From: Rhodothermales bacterium
Lineage (GTDB): Bacteria > Bacteroidota > Rhodothermia > Rhodothermales > BA12
NCBI GenBank assembly: GCA_963841855.1
Contig: CAWJEJ010000001.1
Coordinates: forward strand, 1,109,793 to 1,173,792
Direction: 5' to 3'
DNA length: 64,000 bases
In this document: one piece after another, positions 49,093-58,771 of the stretch
Position numbering within the stretch: the stretch's first letter is position 1
Layout: every line of letters starts with the position of its first letter
The notes under the pieces: generated by a model
What the model saw: the letters and a program-made list of their open reading frames with translations, nothing else
Database searches by the model: none
What the model was told of the DNA's origin: nothing
Made by a program: the position numbers and the translations under genes

Positions 49093-49752
49093 TCAGCCTC
49101 CGCGCGAGGCTCTGCCCGACGAGTTGCCATAGCCGCTGCGTCCGCTCTGTCCGGGGCGTGTGCTGCGCGTAGCGGGTGCCGTTGCCCGAGCGCGCATGCT
49201 GTTGGCCTGCGACGCCGATGCCGGAGCCAGTCCGCGCGACTGCAAACCGGACAGCCTCGTGCTCGTCTGCGCGCGGTTGGCGAACGACTGATTGTTGGAA
49301 TAGGCTGCGCGTGAGGGCGTGGCAGCGAATCCGCCATAAGCCGCAGGACGCCAGACGTTCATCAGAAGAGAGAGCATCAGCACGTCGCCCAAACCAAATC
49401 CGCTCTGCCGGACTTGCTGCGGAGGTTGGGCGGGAAGCTTGGAGGCGAACTGCTCCGGATCGGTCAGCGTCTCCGTCCGGCCATCCAGGTAGAAGATGAC
49501 GGTTTTGCTCGCGCCTTCGGTGATCTGCTCGTCGTCGATCACAAAACCATCGGCGGTTTCCCTGATGACGACCGTCACGCCCTGCATCTGCGCCGCTTGT
49601 TCGGTCGCGCCCGCATTCCAATCGGTGGGCGGCGGCGCGTCGTCTCCGCATCCGGCGAGCAGCGCGGCGCCACTCGATCCAATCAGCGCAGCGCCGAGCG
49701 ACACGTAGCGAGCAGATCGGTTTTCACCGACGGTTTTGAGCGAGATAGGCAT
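49093..49752 (-). CDS. DUF1190 (YgiB-like) lipoprotein
   Basis: ATG at 49752 and a lipobox (ALLAGCGDD). The Ser/Arg/Gly-rich tail ending GRSGYGNSSGRASRGG resembles E. coli YgiB, the usual partner of YgiC. Confidence 0.65.
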   Translation of the reverse strand: MPISLKTVGENRSARYVSLGAALIGSSGAALLAGCGDDAPPPTDWNAGATEQAAQMQGVTVVIRETADGFVIDDEQITEGASKTVIFYLDGRTETLTDPEQFASKLPAQPPQQVRQSGFGLGDVLMLSLLMNVWRPAAYGGFAATPSRAAYSNNQSFANRAQTSTRLSGLQSRGLAPASASQANSMRARATAPATRSTRPGQSGRSGYGNSSGRASRGG

Positions 49753-49824
49753 GGTGGTCGGAAATGGCTGCTCGGCCAACGACGATTCTGCGCGCTCGTT
49801 TCTGCCCACACAGTCTCGCCAACG

Positions 49825-49860
49825 CAAAAAACCTGACAGGTCTCGGAGACATCTCAGGTT
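49825..49860 (-). terminator. Rho-independent terminator (minus strand), about 250 nt downstream of atpG
   Basis: On the minus strand, AACCTGA-gatgtctccgagacctg-TCAGGTT is followed by TTTTTT. Confidence 0.6.
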
Positions 49861-50113
49861 TGAACGTGCGACAGAAGCCTAGACAGCACGCGCTATGCTT
49901 CGCGAAGAGAATTCTGCGCTCTGCCCCGATTTTCATCCTTCCAATCGTCATTCCTGCAAGGCAGAAATCCACAACTGACGCTGCGATTGATGTTCGCTCG
50001 AACCGAAAAGCTGACACCATCGACTAGCTCTGCCGGACGGTTTCGCCAACTGACTCCCCGCATCGCGAGGATGGACGACGATCCAACTTGGCAGTAACGG
50101 CGAAAGCCTGAGC

Positions 50114-51031
50114 CTAGGCGTTTTCGAGCGCGTTGGCGCCCGACACGATCTCGATGATCTCGGTCGTGATCGCGCTCTGACGGGCGCGGTTGTACGTCAG
50201 CTTCAACTCTTTGAGTAAGTCGTCGGCGTTGTTGGTCGCGTTGTCCATCGCGATCATCCGGGCGCCCTGCTCGGACGCGTTCGATTCGAGCAGCGCGCGC
50301 CACACCTGATAGTTGAGGTAGCGCGGGACGAGTGCGTCGAGGATCGCGGCGGGACCCGGCTCGAAGATGTACTCGGTCGCTTCGGCCTCGCTTGTCGGCA
50401 CGCCTTTGTACGCGTCCTCCATGACCGGCGTCGCGAACTGCTCGTGCGGGATCGGCAGCAGCGGTTCGGCGACACGGTTCTGCGAGATCGTGTTTTTGAA
50501 CTCGTTGTAGACCATCACCACCTCGTCCCACTCGCCGACTTCGAAGCCCTGAACCGCCACGTTGACCACGTCCTGCGCCGTCTTGACGTCCAGGCTGTCG
50601 AACGTGCCCCGATAGTCGCCGACCAGATTGTACTTGCGGCGCGAGAAGTGCTCGTGTCCTTTGCGGCCGACGGCGAGGATCTTCAGTCCACCCGCGCGCT
50701 GCACGTCGGCGTAGCGCTCGCGGATGGTCTCTTCGGCGGTCTTGATCGCGTTGGTGTTGAACGCACCGGCCAGCCCGCGATCCGCCGTGACGACGATGAC
50801 CAATGCACGCTCGACCGGACGCTCGGTGAAGAGCGGATGCCCGGTCGCGTCGACTTCGCCTTGCAAGTGTGAGATCACGTCGCGGATTTTGAACGCGTAG
50901 GGGCGCGTCGCGAAGATGCGCTCCTGGGCCCTACGCAGTTTGGCCGCCGCCACCATCTTCATGGCGCGCGTCACCTGCTGCGTGTTTTTTACCGAACCGA
51001 TGCGGGTACGAATGTCGCTGAGCGAGGCCAT
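50114..51031 (-). CDS. atpG: F1 ATP synthase gamma subunit
   Basis: MASLSDIRTRIGSVKNTQQVTRAMKMVAAAKLRRAQ is canonical. Confidence 0.95.
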   Translation of the reverse strand: MASLSDIRTRIGSVKNTQQVTRAMKMVAAAKLRRAQERIFATRPYAFKIRDVISHLQGEVDATGHPLFTERPVERALVIVVTADRGLAGAFNTNAIKTAEETIRERYADVQRAGGLKILAVGRKGHEHFSRRKYNLVGDYRGTFDSLDVKTAQDVVNVAVQGFEVGEWDEVVMVYNEFKNTISQNRVAEPLLPIPHEQFATPVMEDAYKGVPTSEAEATEYIFEPGPAAILDALVPRYLNYQVWRALLESNASEQGARMIAMDNATNNADDLLKELKLTYNRARQSAITTEIIEIVSGANALENA

Positions 51032-51055
51032 GAGCGTGAGAGATTACTATCGGTT

Positions 51056-51140
51056 TGTCATCGCGAGGACGTAGACCGTGGCGATCCGAGTCGAGCGCCG
51101 AACTACAGGGTTACCACACACACTGCCCCTCGCGAGAGCG
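51056..51140. repeat. Degenerate copy of the TGTCATYGCGAGG hairpin-repeat family, in the atpA-atpG spacer
   Basis: The left arm is tgtcatcgcgaggacgtagaccgtggcgatccgag. TCGCGAGG (51061-51068) is complementary to CCTCGCGA (51128-51135). Confidence 0.45.
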
Positions 51141-51157
51141 AAGCTGCGGCGTCAGAC

Positions 51158-52813
51158 TTAAACCGCCTTGACGTCCGATTCGATCAGCACGACGTCGCCC
51201 GCGTCCGATCCGGTCATCTGCGAGACGAGCGTGTCGGCCGTCTTCTTGAGCGTGGCTGCCGCGTCGTCGGTCATCGCGCCTTTGCGGAGCGTGGCGAGCG
51301 TCTGGGGGTGACGCGCTTCGAGCATCTGGATGAATTCCTTCTCGAACGCGCGCACCTGGTCGACTGGCACGTCGTCGATGAAGCCTTGGGTAGCGACGTA
51401 GATGATCGCGACCTGGTTTTCGACGGCGAACGGCTGGTACTGACCCTGCTTGAGGATCTCGACCAGTCGGGCGCCGCGCGTCAACTGGCGCTGCGTGGCG
51501 GCGTCGAGGTCGGATCCGAACTTGGAGAACGCTTCCAACTCACGGTACTGCGCCAGGTCGAGGCGGAGCGAACCGGAGACTTTCTTCATCGCCTTGATCT
51601 GCGCCGATCCACCGACACGCGAGACGGAGATACCGACGTTGATGGCCGGGCGGACGCCTGCGTTAAAGAGATTCGATTCGAGGAAGATCTGGCCGTCCGT
51701 GATCGAGATGACGTTGGTCGGGATGTACGCCGACACGTCGCCCGCCTGTGTTTCGATAACCGGAAGCGCCGTCAGCGATCCGCCGCCCTTGACGAGCGGA
51801 CGCAAGCTTTCGGGCAGGTCGTTCATCTGGCTCGCGACCGTGTCGTCGGCGATCATCTTGGCGGCGCGCTCCAGCAGGCGGCTATGGAGGTAGAACACAT
51901 CGCCGGGATAGGCTTCGCGACCCGGAGGACGACGCAGCAGCAGCGACAACTCGCGGTAGGCGACGGCTTGCTTGGAGAGATCGTCGTAGATCACTAACGC
52001 GTGGCGGCCCGTATCGCGGAAGAACTCGCCGATGCACGCACCAGCAAACGGAGCGATGAACTGGAGAGGTGCCGGGTCACTCGCGGGAGCGTTGACGATG
52101 ACGGTGTATTCCATCGCGCCATTCTCTTCGAGCGCGCGCCGCACCTGAGCGACCGTCGACGACTTCTGGCCAATGGCGACGTAGATGCAGAAAACCGGCT
52201 TGTCGAGGTTGTTGCCCTCGGCATCCTTAGCGTGCGTACGCTTTTGGTTGATGATCGTGTCGATCAGGACGGCCGTCTTACCCGTCTGGCGGTCGCCGAT
52301 GACGAGTTCGCGCTGGCCGCGTCCGATGGGGATCATGGCGTCGATGGCCTTGATGCCTGTCTGAACGGGCTCGGTCACCGGCTCGCGGTAGATGACGCCC
52401 GGCGCCTTGCGTTCGAGCGGCATCTCATAGGTCGGCTCGGCGATGGGGCCGTTGCCGTCCATCGGGCGACCGAGCGGGTCGATCACGCGTCCCAACATGG
52501 CGTCGCCGACCGAGATCGAGGCGATGCTCTTGGTGCGTCGGGCTTCGTCGCCTTCGCGCACTTCGTCCGCATTGTTGAAGAGGACGGCGCCGACGTTGTC
52601 TTCTTCCAAGTTGAGCACCATGCCCGTCGCGCCGGACGACGGAAACTCGATCAGCTCGCCCGCCTGCACGTTCGACAGGCCGTAGAGACGCGCGATGCCG
52701 TCGCCGATCTGGAGAACGGTGCCGACTTCGTAGACGCCGGTTTCGGACGTGAAGCCCCCTAGCTCACGCTGGATGACTGAGGTGACTTCGTCTGGGCGGA
52801 TGGAGGATGCCAT
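51158..52813 (-). CDS. atpA: F1 ATP synthase alpha subunit
   Basis: Walker A GDRQTGKT plus the canonical alpha-subunit sequence throughout. Confidence 0.97.
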   Translation of the reverse strand: MASSIRPDEVTSVIQRELGGFTSETGVYEVGTVLQIGDGIARLYGLSNVQAGELIEFPSSGATGMVLNLEEDNVGAVLFNNADEVREGDEARRTKSIASISVGDAMLGRVIDPLGRPMDGNGPIAEPTYEMPLERKAPGVIYREPVTEPVQTGIKAIDAMIPIGRGQRELVIGDRQTGKTAVLIDTIINQKRTHAKDAEGNNLDKPVFCIYVAIGQKSSTVAQVRRALEENGAMEYTVIVNAPASDPAPLQFIAPFAGACIGEFFRDTGRHALVIYDDLSKQAVAYRELSLLLRRPPGREAYPGDVFYLHSRLLERAAKMIADDTVASQMNDLPESLRPLVKGGGSLTALPVIETQAGDVSAYIPTNVISITDGQIFLESNLFNAGVRPAINVGISVSRVGGSAQIKAMKKVSGSLRLDLAQYRELEAFSKFGSDLDAATQRQLTRGARLVEILKQGQYQPFAVENQVAIIYVATQGFIDDVPVDQVRAFEKEFIQMLEARHPQTLATLRKGAMTDDAAATLKKTADTLVSQMTGSDAGDVVLIESDVKAV

Positions 52814-52850
52814 AGCTATCGGGAAAAATCGGCCGAAGCCGGAGGTGGGC

Positions 52851-53411
52851 TTAGTTGAGCGTTACAGGCGACACAGCGGGCTGGGCGAAGCGGTCGCGCA
52901 GCGTCTGCAACTGGTGGCGGACGCTTCCGTCGTAGACCGTGTCGCCCAGGCGAACGATCATGCCGCCGATCAGATCGGCGTCGACCTGGGTTTCGAGGCG
53001 CACGTTTCCGCCCGACTGAGCCGCCAGTGCTTTCTGCAACAGCGCCGATTCGTCCGGAGCCAATGCCTTGGCCGTACGCACCTTGGCGACGACGATGTTC
53101 TGCTGCTCGTCGCGCATCGACTGATACGCCTCGACGATGCCGACCAGATCGTCTTCGCGCTCTTTGGCGATCAGCAGCGACAGAAACGTGTCCATCTGCG
53201 CGTCGACCTTACCCGAGAACAACGCCGTCAGGATCGCCTGCTTCTTGCTGCGTGAGACGACAGGGCTTTCGAGCACGCTACGCAGATCGGCCGAATGCGC
53301 CAGCGTATCGCGCAGCAGTTCGATATCCGCGTCGACGGCAGCGACTTTGCCGGTCTGATCGGCCTGCGCATAGAGCGCCTGGGCGTAGCGGCGGGCAACG
53401 GGAGTCGTCAT
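52851..53411 (-). CDS. atpH: F1 ATP synthase delta subunit (OSCP)
   Basis: ARRYAQALY... matches by position and length in the atp operon. Confidence 0.85.
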   Translation of the reverse strand: MTTPVARRYAQALYAQADQTGKVAAVDADIELLRDTLAHSADLRSVLESPVVSRSKKQAILTALFSGKVDAQMDTFLSLLIAKEREDDLVGIVEAYQSMRDEQQNIVVAKVRTAKALAPDESALLQKALAAQSGGNVRLETQVDADLIGGMIVRLGDTVYDGSVRHQLQTLRDRFAQPAVSPVTLN

Positions 53412-53514
53412 GCGGCGATCTGCGGCGGAGGGGCGGTGGAGGTGTTCGGAGAGAAAAACGGTAGCGCTAATCCTTCGAGCAAAGTGATCCGTTCACCAAG
53501 AACGAGGCGGAGCC

Positions 53515-54141
53515 TCAGTTGCGGGGGAGCGTGTCGATGAACTGGTCGACCAGGCGGCGCTGTTCGGTGGCGTCGAGCTTCTCGCGGAGGATCTTCTCGG
53601 CGGCCGTGATCGCGAGACCAGCAACTTCGGCGCGGAGTTCTCCCAATGCCGATTGCTTTTGGCGTTCGATGTCGGCTTCGGCAGACGCCAGGCGGTCGGC
53701 AATGCGCTGATCGGCCTGGGCGCGGAGGTCCGTCGCGGTGCGCTCGGCGGCCTCGCGTGCTTCGCGCAGGATCTGCGTGGCCTGAGCTTCGGCAGCGCGG
53801 CGGGCTTTCTCGTTGTCGGCCTGGATCGCTTTGGCTTCGGCGAGAGCTTTCTCGGCCTGCGAGAGCGAGTCTTCGATGTTGCGCTCGCGGTCTTCGAGCG
53901 CCTTGGAGATCGGCCCCCATGCGTATTTGCCCAGGATGAACACCACGAGACCGAACGTGATGATCGTAAAGATCAGCAGGCCCGGCTTGGGCTGGAGCAG
54001 TCCGGGGACCGGCTTCTCGTAAGTCGACTCCGGGGTCGTGCTGTGCACTTCTTCGCCAGCTACCTGCGGCGCGCCAATGACGAGCGAGGCGGGGCGGGCG
54101 GGAGCATCTCCCGTAGGAAACGTAAAGAGCAGCGTCGACAT
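53515..54141 (-). CDS. atpF: F0 ATP synthase subunit b
   Basis: TM segment then LGKYAWGPISKALEDRERNIEDSL and a long charged helix. There is an N-terminal extension of about 40 aa, so the start is uncertain. Confidence 0.85.
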   Translation of the reverse strand: MSTLLFTFPTGDAPARPASLVIGAPQVAGEEVHSTTPESTYEKPVPGLLQPKPGLLIFTIITFGLVVFILGKYAWGPISKALEDRERNIEDSLSQAEKALAEAKAIQADNEKARRAAEAQATQILREAREAAERTATDLRAQADQRIADRLASAEADIERQKQSALGELRAEVAGLAITAAEKILREKLDATEQRRLVDQFIDTLPRN

Positions 54142-54273
54142 CGTCGGCCAGTCGGGTTGGAGGCGGGTCGGCGTCGGCGCAGAGCGCGTCGGCCTGAAAA
54201 AGAGTGCGGGGCAATCCCCCGCGGGACGCTACCGCCCAGACCCATCGGGCCGAGCGGTAGCCGGGCGTTCGTC

Positions 54274-54504
54274 TTAGATGACGAAGAAGAACACCAGCGA
54301 GAACACGAGCGCGATGATCGCCACGCCTTCGATGAAGGCCGCGAGGATGATCGCCGTGCCGCGAATGTCGTTGGCGGCTTCGGGCTGGCGGGCGATGCCT
54401 TCGAGGGCCGAAGACGCGAGGCGACCGATGCCCATTCCGGCACCGAGAGTGGCACCTAAGAGGCCGAGTCCGGCGGCGAGGAAGGCAAAAGCTGTACTGT
54501 CCAT
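54274..54504 (-). CDS. atpE: F0 ATP synthase subunit c
   Basis: A 76-aa hairpin with GIGRLASSALEGIARQPE...AFIEGVAI. Confidence 0.92.
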   Translation of the reverse strand: MDSTAFAFLAAGLGLLGATLGAGMGIGRLASSALEGIARQPEAANDIRGTAIILAAFIEGVAIIALVFSLVFFFVI

Positions 54505-54630
54505 TTCGGTGGAGCGAGGTTTGGGGTGTGGAAGACCGGTAAGATGCCCTACCGTGGGCGAAGTTGGCTTGCGAGTGGCGTGGAGAAGACGCTAAAAGTG
54601 ACGACTCTGGCGCACTCTATGGATACGAAG

Positions 54631-55989
54631 TCAGGCGGCGACGGCGGCGCCTTTCTTCTCGGGATGGTTAGGCGTCGCCGAGAGGTAGTCCGCCAGGTGG
54701 TGCTCGCCCTGCTGGACGGCGCCGTCACCATGCGGGATGCGGTTATGACCTGCTGCATCGCCAACCGATTCGTGCTCGTGGTGGTGGTGCTCCTCGGCCG
54801 CCATGCCGATGAAGACGGCCGAGAGCATCGTAAAGATGTACGCCTGCACGAAGCTCACCATGATCTTGAGCAGGTAGACGAAGATCGTGATCGCGATGGC
54901 GACCGGAGCCGCCAACCCGCCGACGACCGGGCTGATGCGCGCCGAGAAGATGAAGATGAGTCCGATGATCGACACGATGACCAGGTGACCCGAGACCATG
55001 TTGCCGAACAAACGGAAGGCGAGCGCCAGCGGCTTAGTGAACAGGCCGACGAACTCGATGGGCACCAGAATCGGCTTGACGAAGCCCGGCACGCCCGGCG
55101 GGTTGAAAATGTGCGCCCAATAGTCTTTGGTCCCGGCGAACTGCGTGACCGCGAACGTAAACAGGGCCAGCGCCGCCGTCACCATGATGTGCGAGGTCGC
55201 CGTGACGCCGAGCGGGAGCAGGCCGAGCAGGTTGCCGATCAGGATGAAAAAGAACGCGCTCAGCAGGTAGGGCAGATACTTGCGGTACTTGACGCCGATA
55301 GAAGGCTTGGCGATGTCGTCGCGGACGAAGACGATGATCGTCTCGATCATGTTTTGCCACACGCCGCGCGGAGCCGTCTTGCTGCCGATGCCCTTTTTGT
55401 ACTTGCCCGCCATGCTCAACCCGATCAGGAGTACGAGGAGCGCCGACACGAAGACGAAGAGCAGCTGCCGCGTGATCGAGAAGTCGATCAGGATCTCGCC
55501 GCCGTCGTTCATGGCGACGGGGAAGTAGTAGTGCATCTTGGCGCCGATCAGTTCGTCGACCTGGCTGCTACTTGCCAATGCGACGACGCGCGCATCGGCT
55601 GACGCATCGGCTCCGTCGACCAGCGTTTCGGCCGCTTCGGTATCGGTGACGCCATCGCCCAGCAGCGTGGCGCCCGAGCGAGCCAGACCGTCTTCGGTCA
55701 GCGTGAGTGGGCCGAGCGTGTAGTTGCCGTTCATCAGCGCGCTCTTGGTCGACCAGAAACCGTCGAAGCCCAGCCCGCCGTCGGCGCGGCGCACCAGGAA
55801 GAGGCGAGGAAGCTCGACCTTGCCGTTTCCATAGTCGAAGTAGTTGCCGTCCGCCGAGTGGCCGACTGCGTCGGGGTCGCCGCCTGCGCCGTCGGCAGCG
55901 AGCAGCGGCGCCGAGACGAGCAGCATCAGGAGCAGCAGGGCCGAGCGGCGGAGTAGAGAGGCGATCATCGAAACTGGGGAAGTCAACAT
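54631..55989 (-). CDS. atpB: F0 ATP synthase subunit a (long N-terminal extension, His-rich C-terminal tail)
   Basis: The core has LAFRLFGNMVSGH and QAYIFTMLSAVFIG. The tail is EEHHHHEHESVGDAAGHNRIPHGDG... Confidence 0.9.
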   Translation of the reverse strand: MLTSPVSMIASLLRRSALLLLMLLVSAPLLAADGAGGDPDAVGHSADGNYFDYGNGKVELPRLFLVRRADGGLGFDGFWSTKSALMNGNYTLGPLTLTEDGLARSGATLLGDGVTDTEAAETLVDGADASADARVVALASSSQVDELIGAKMHYYFPVAMNDGGEILIDFSITRQLLFVFVSALLVLLIGLSMAGKYKKGIGSKTAPRGVWQNMIETIIVFVRDDIAKPSIGVKYRKYLPYLLSAFFFILIGNLLGLLPLGVTATSHIMVTAALALFTFAVTQFAGTKDYWAHIFNPPGVPGFVKPILVPIEFVGLFTKPLALAFRLFGNMVSGHLVIVSIIGLIFIFSARISPVVGGLAAPVAIAITIFVYLLKIMVSFVQAYIFTMLSAVFIGMAAEEHHHHEHESVGDAAGHNRIPHGDGAVQQGEHHLADYLSATPNHPEKKGAAVAA

Positions 55990-56288
55990 CAGGAGGCGCG
56001 GCGCAAGTGGCGGAGCGTGAGCAAGGTCTCGGTCGTCATGCCGATCAGCACAAACGCGGCCATCGTGACGGCGAATGCGACGGGTGCCGGAGGCGTGAAG
56101 GCGAACAGCACCAGCGCCGTCAGTCCGAGCGTGAGCACCATCCGCACCATCATGCCGCCGACGAACGTCGCCATGAACGCGATGCCTTCTTGCTTGGACG
56201 CCCGGATAGCGGTCACGATGGCGAGCAGCGCGTACAGAACACCGATGGCGACGGCAGGTGCGATGCTGACCCAGAGCGGTGCGGACAT
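55989..56288 (-). CDS. Hydrophobic ATP-synthase-protein-I-like membrane protein
   Basis: 99 aa with about 3-4 TM. Its stop overlaps the atpB start (ATGA). The call rests on position in the operon. Confidence 0.5.
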   Translation of the reverse strand: MSAPLWVSIAPAVAIGVLYALLAIVTAIRASKQEGIAFMATFVGGMMVRMVLTLGLTALVLFAFTPPAPVAFAVTMAAFVLIGMTTETLLTLRHLRRAS

Positions 56289-56382
56289 GCGGCGAGGGAG
56301 GACGGTAGGCAGAAGACCGTCAAACTACGCGCGCTTAGGTGAGCACGTCCGCAAGACCCATTGAAATGCAAGTGAACGGAAG

Positions 56383-56655
56383 CTACTCACCGCTGCGACG
56401 CTTCTGCTCCGCCCGCTTGCGATCAGAAGCTCGGCTCATCTCGGCATTGACCCGCCACAACTGCGCGACGACACTCGCCATCGCCACGCCCGCCCCAGCG
56501 AGGATGAACCAGGGCGCCGTACCGAGCCACAGATCCAATCCGACGCCGATGCCGACGAACATCACCAGCGTCCCGGCGATCTGCCAGCCCAACCCGGCAT
56601 AGCCACCGCTTTCGCGCGTCGACTGGAGCCAGTGCGGATCGTCGGACGACGCCAC
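56383..56655 (-). CDS. AtpZ/AtpI-family small membrane protein
   Basis: YAGLGWQIAGTLVMFVGIGVGLDLWLGTAPWFILAG is the AtpZ pattern. Confidence 0.7.
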   Translation of the reverse strand: MASSDDPHWLQSTRESGGYAGLGWQIAGTLVMFVGIGVGLDLWLGTAPWFILAGAGVAMASVVAQLWRVNAEMSRASDRKRAEQKRRSGE

Positions 56656-56656
56656 G

Positions 56657-57133
56657 TCAGGCTACTTTTTCGGCCGGAACGGGCGCGCTCGAAGCGGGCG
56701 ACTTGGGCAGCGGGTCGAGCGAACCGGACGACACCTTGCGCTTGCCCATCACCACATCGCCGTCGAAGACCGCGCCTTCCTCGATCACCAAGCGGGCGAC
56801 ATTGAGCGTACCCGTCACGCGGGCGTTGCTGCGAAGCGTCAGCCGCTCCTCGACCGTCGCCGTGCCGTCGAACGCACCACCCAGATCGGCACTCGTAGCG
56901 GCCATCTCGCCCTCGATCGACCCGCTCTGCGCCACGACGACTTTGCCCTTGACCAGGACTTTGCCGATCACCTTGCCGTTGATGTTGAGATCGCCGTCGG
57001 CGCGGACGGTGCCTTCGAGGACGGTGCCCTCGCCGATCATGTTGATCTGATTGGGCGTGCTCGGGCCTGCGCCACGAGTCGAGGGCGCGCTGCGCGAGTT
57101 GGAGTCGGACGAACCTGCGTTGAAGAGTGCCAT
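56657..57133 (-). CDS. Bactofilin (polymer-forming cytoskeletal protein, DUF583)
   Basis: ATG at 57133. The beta-helical repeat region is IGEGTVLEGTVRADGDLNINGKVIGKVLVKGKVVVAQSGSIEGEM... Confidence 0.85.
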   Translation of the reverse strand: MALFNAGSSDSNSRSAPSTRGAGPSTPNQINMIGEGTVLEGTVRADGDLNINGKVIGKVLVKGKVVVAQSGSIEGEMAATSADLGGAFDGTATVEERLTLRSNARVTGTLNVARLVIEEGAVFDGDVVMGKRKVSSGSLDPLPKSPASSAPVPAEKVA

Positions 57134-57174
57134 GAGACGAGAGAAACCGGATAGAGGAAGAGAGTCGCGTGGGT

Positions 57175-58014
57175 CTACAACGCCATCAGGAAGGCTTCGG
57201 GATCCATCGGCACGCCATCGCGCCACAATTCGAGGTGAACGTGCGGCCCCGTCGTCACCTCACCCGTATTGCCCGACAGCGCGATCACGTCGCGCGCCTG
57301 AACGGCATCGCCCGCCTTGCGGAGCAGACTGCTGTTGTGCTTGTAGATCGACACGAAGCCATCGGAATGTTGGACAGCAATGGTATATCCTCCTTCGTGT
57401 GTCCAGTCGGCCAGCACGACGAATCCACCTTCGATAGACCGGACGGCCGAACCTTCTTCGGCAGCGATGTCGATGGCGAAGTGCCCCGTTACCGGATTGA
57501 ATCCGCGCGTGCGAACGCCCTGAATCGGAAAGAGAGCAGGAAACGCCGAACCCGGCGCCGCTTCCACCCTGCCTCTGCGTGCGCTCCGCCCCGCCCAAGA
57601 GGCGGCGACAGACGGCACGACAGCTGGAAGCGACGAGCGAGCCGCGTCGACAGCCTCGCCTCCGCCCGACTGGACCGGCAGGCCAGCGCCTCCCATCAGA
57701 CCTCTGAGATTGAGTACGTATTCGCGCTGCAGCCGCAGCGAATCTTGCAGCGCGTCGAGCGCAATCTGCTGGCGCTGCGCCACCTCGCGCGCCTCCTTGG
57801 CTTCGTAGCCCGGCATCAAACGCTCAAGCGGACTGAACACCGTGAGTACCATAGTCACGATCACCAGCGCTCCTGCCACAGCGATGCTTCCGTACAACAA
57901 GCGCGACGGAGTTACCCGGTACTGACGAGGCGCTCCTGTACTGTCATCGTCCATCACGACGACGGTGCGCACGACGGAATCGGCAGAGAGGAGGTCGGAG
58001 AGAAAAGACTTCAT
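57175..58014 (-). CDS. M23-family (LytM-type) metallopeptidase, membrane-anchored
   Basis: GHFAIDIAA...ADWTHEGGYTIAVQHSDGFVSIYKHNS...GNTGEVTTGPHVHLELW. Confidence 0.85.
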   Translation of the reverse strand: MKSFLSDLLSADSVVRTVVVMDDDSTGAPRQYRVTPSRLLYGSIAVAGALVIVTMVLTVFSPLERLMPGYEAKEAREVAQRQQIALDALQDSLRLQREYVLNLRGLMGGAGLPVQSGGGEAVDAARSSLPAVVPSVAASWAGRSARRGRVEAAPGSAFPALFPIQGVRTRGFNPVTGHFAIDIAAEEGSAVRSIEGGFVVLADWTHEGGYTIAVQHSDGFVSIYKHNSSLLRKAGDAVQARDVIALSGNTGEVTTGPHVHLELWRDGVPMDPEAFLMAL

Positions 58015-58176
58015 GCGAGTGAACTAGGTGAGGGCAGGCGCAACTTCGCCGATTCGGCGCGCGACCACGCGGCGCATGGTGTGCCTTTCGAGTGAAACCT
58101 ATAGAGCGGGTTCTACGCCATGCTAGCCTGCTCGTAGTTTACCGCGCTTCGCATACCTCATACTCCTCTTCAATCC

Positions 58177-58428
58177 ATGCCGCAGCACAAATCCGCCGCC
58201 AAGCGCGTCCGCCAGTCCGAGAAGCGCAGAGACCGCAATCGAATGCATCGCAGCCGCGTTCGTTCGCTCATCAAGCAGTTGAAGGCAGAAACAGATCAGG
58301 CGCGCGCGCAGGAATTGCTGTCGGAAACGAAGGCGTACCTCGATCGGCTCGCAACCAAGCGGATCATCCATCCCAACAAGGCGGCAAACTACAAGAGCGC
58401 GCTCGAAATGAGAGTAGGCGAACTGTAA
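58177..58428 (+). CDS. rpsT: 30S ribosomal protein S20
   Basis: MPQHKSAAKRVRQSEKRRDRNR... is canonical. Confidence 0.95.
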   Translation: MPQHKSAAKRVRQSEKRRDRNRMHRSRVRSLIKQLKAETDQARAQELLSETKAYLDRLATKRIIHPNKAANYKSALEMRVGEL

Positions 58429-58771
58429 GCCTACGGTCTTACCGAAGCTAACGGGCACGGTTTGTGCGCCCACCCGTCCCTCAGGCGCCCCAAGATGCGC
58501 TGGAAAATGTAAGCTCTCGCTGCAAGGCGACTCTATCGGAACGACCTATGTCCATCTCACGCAGGCGATTCGTTTCTGTATACGTTTCGCGTTGTTGCTT
58601 TGCTACTTCCCAACGCGTCTACTAGACGCACGACCTTCACGCGAATAGCGAGAGGCGTAACACGTTTCTGCTAAATCAAGCGGCGTCCCTTCGTTTAGCT
58701 TGAATCACACTCTGTCCGCAGATCACCCCATCACTCGAATCCACCCAACTTCTCCTCAAGGAGGCTACCTC

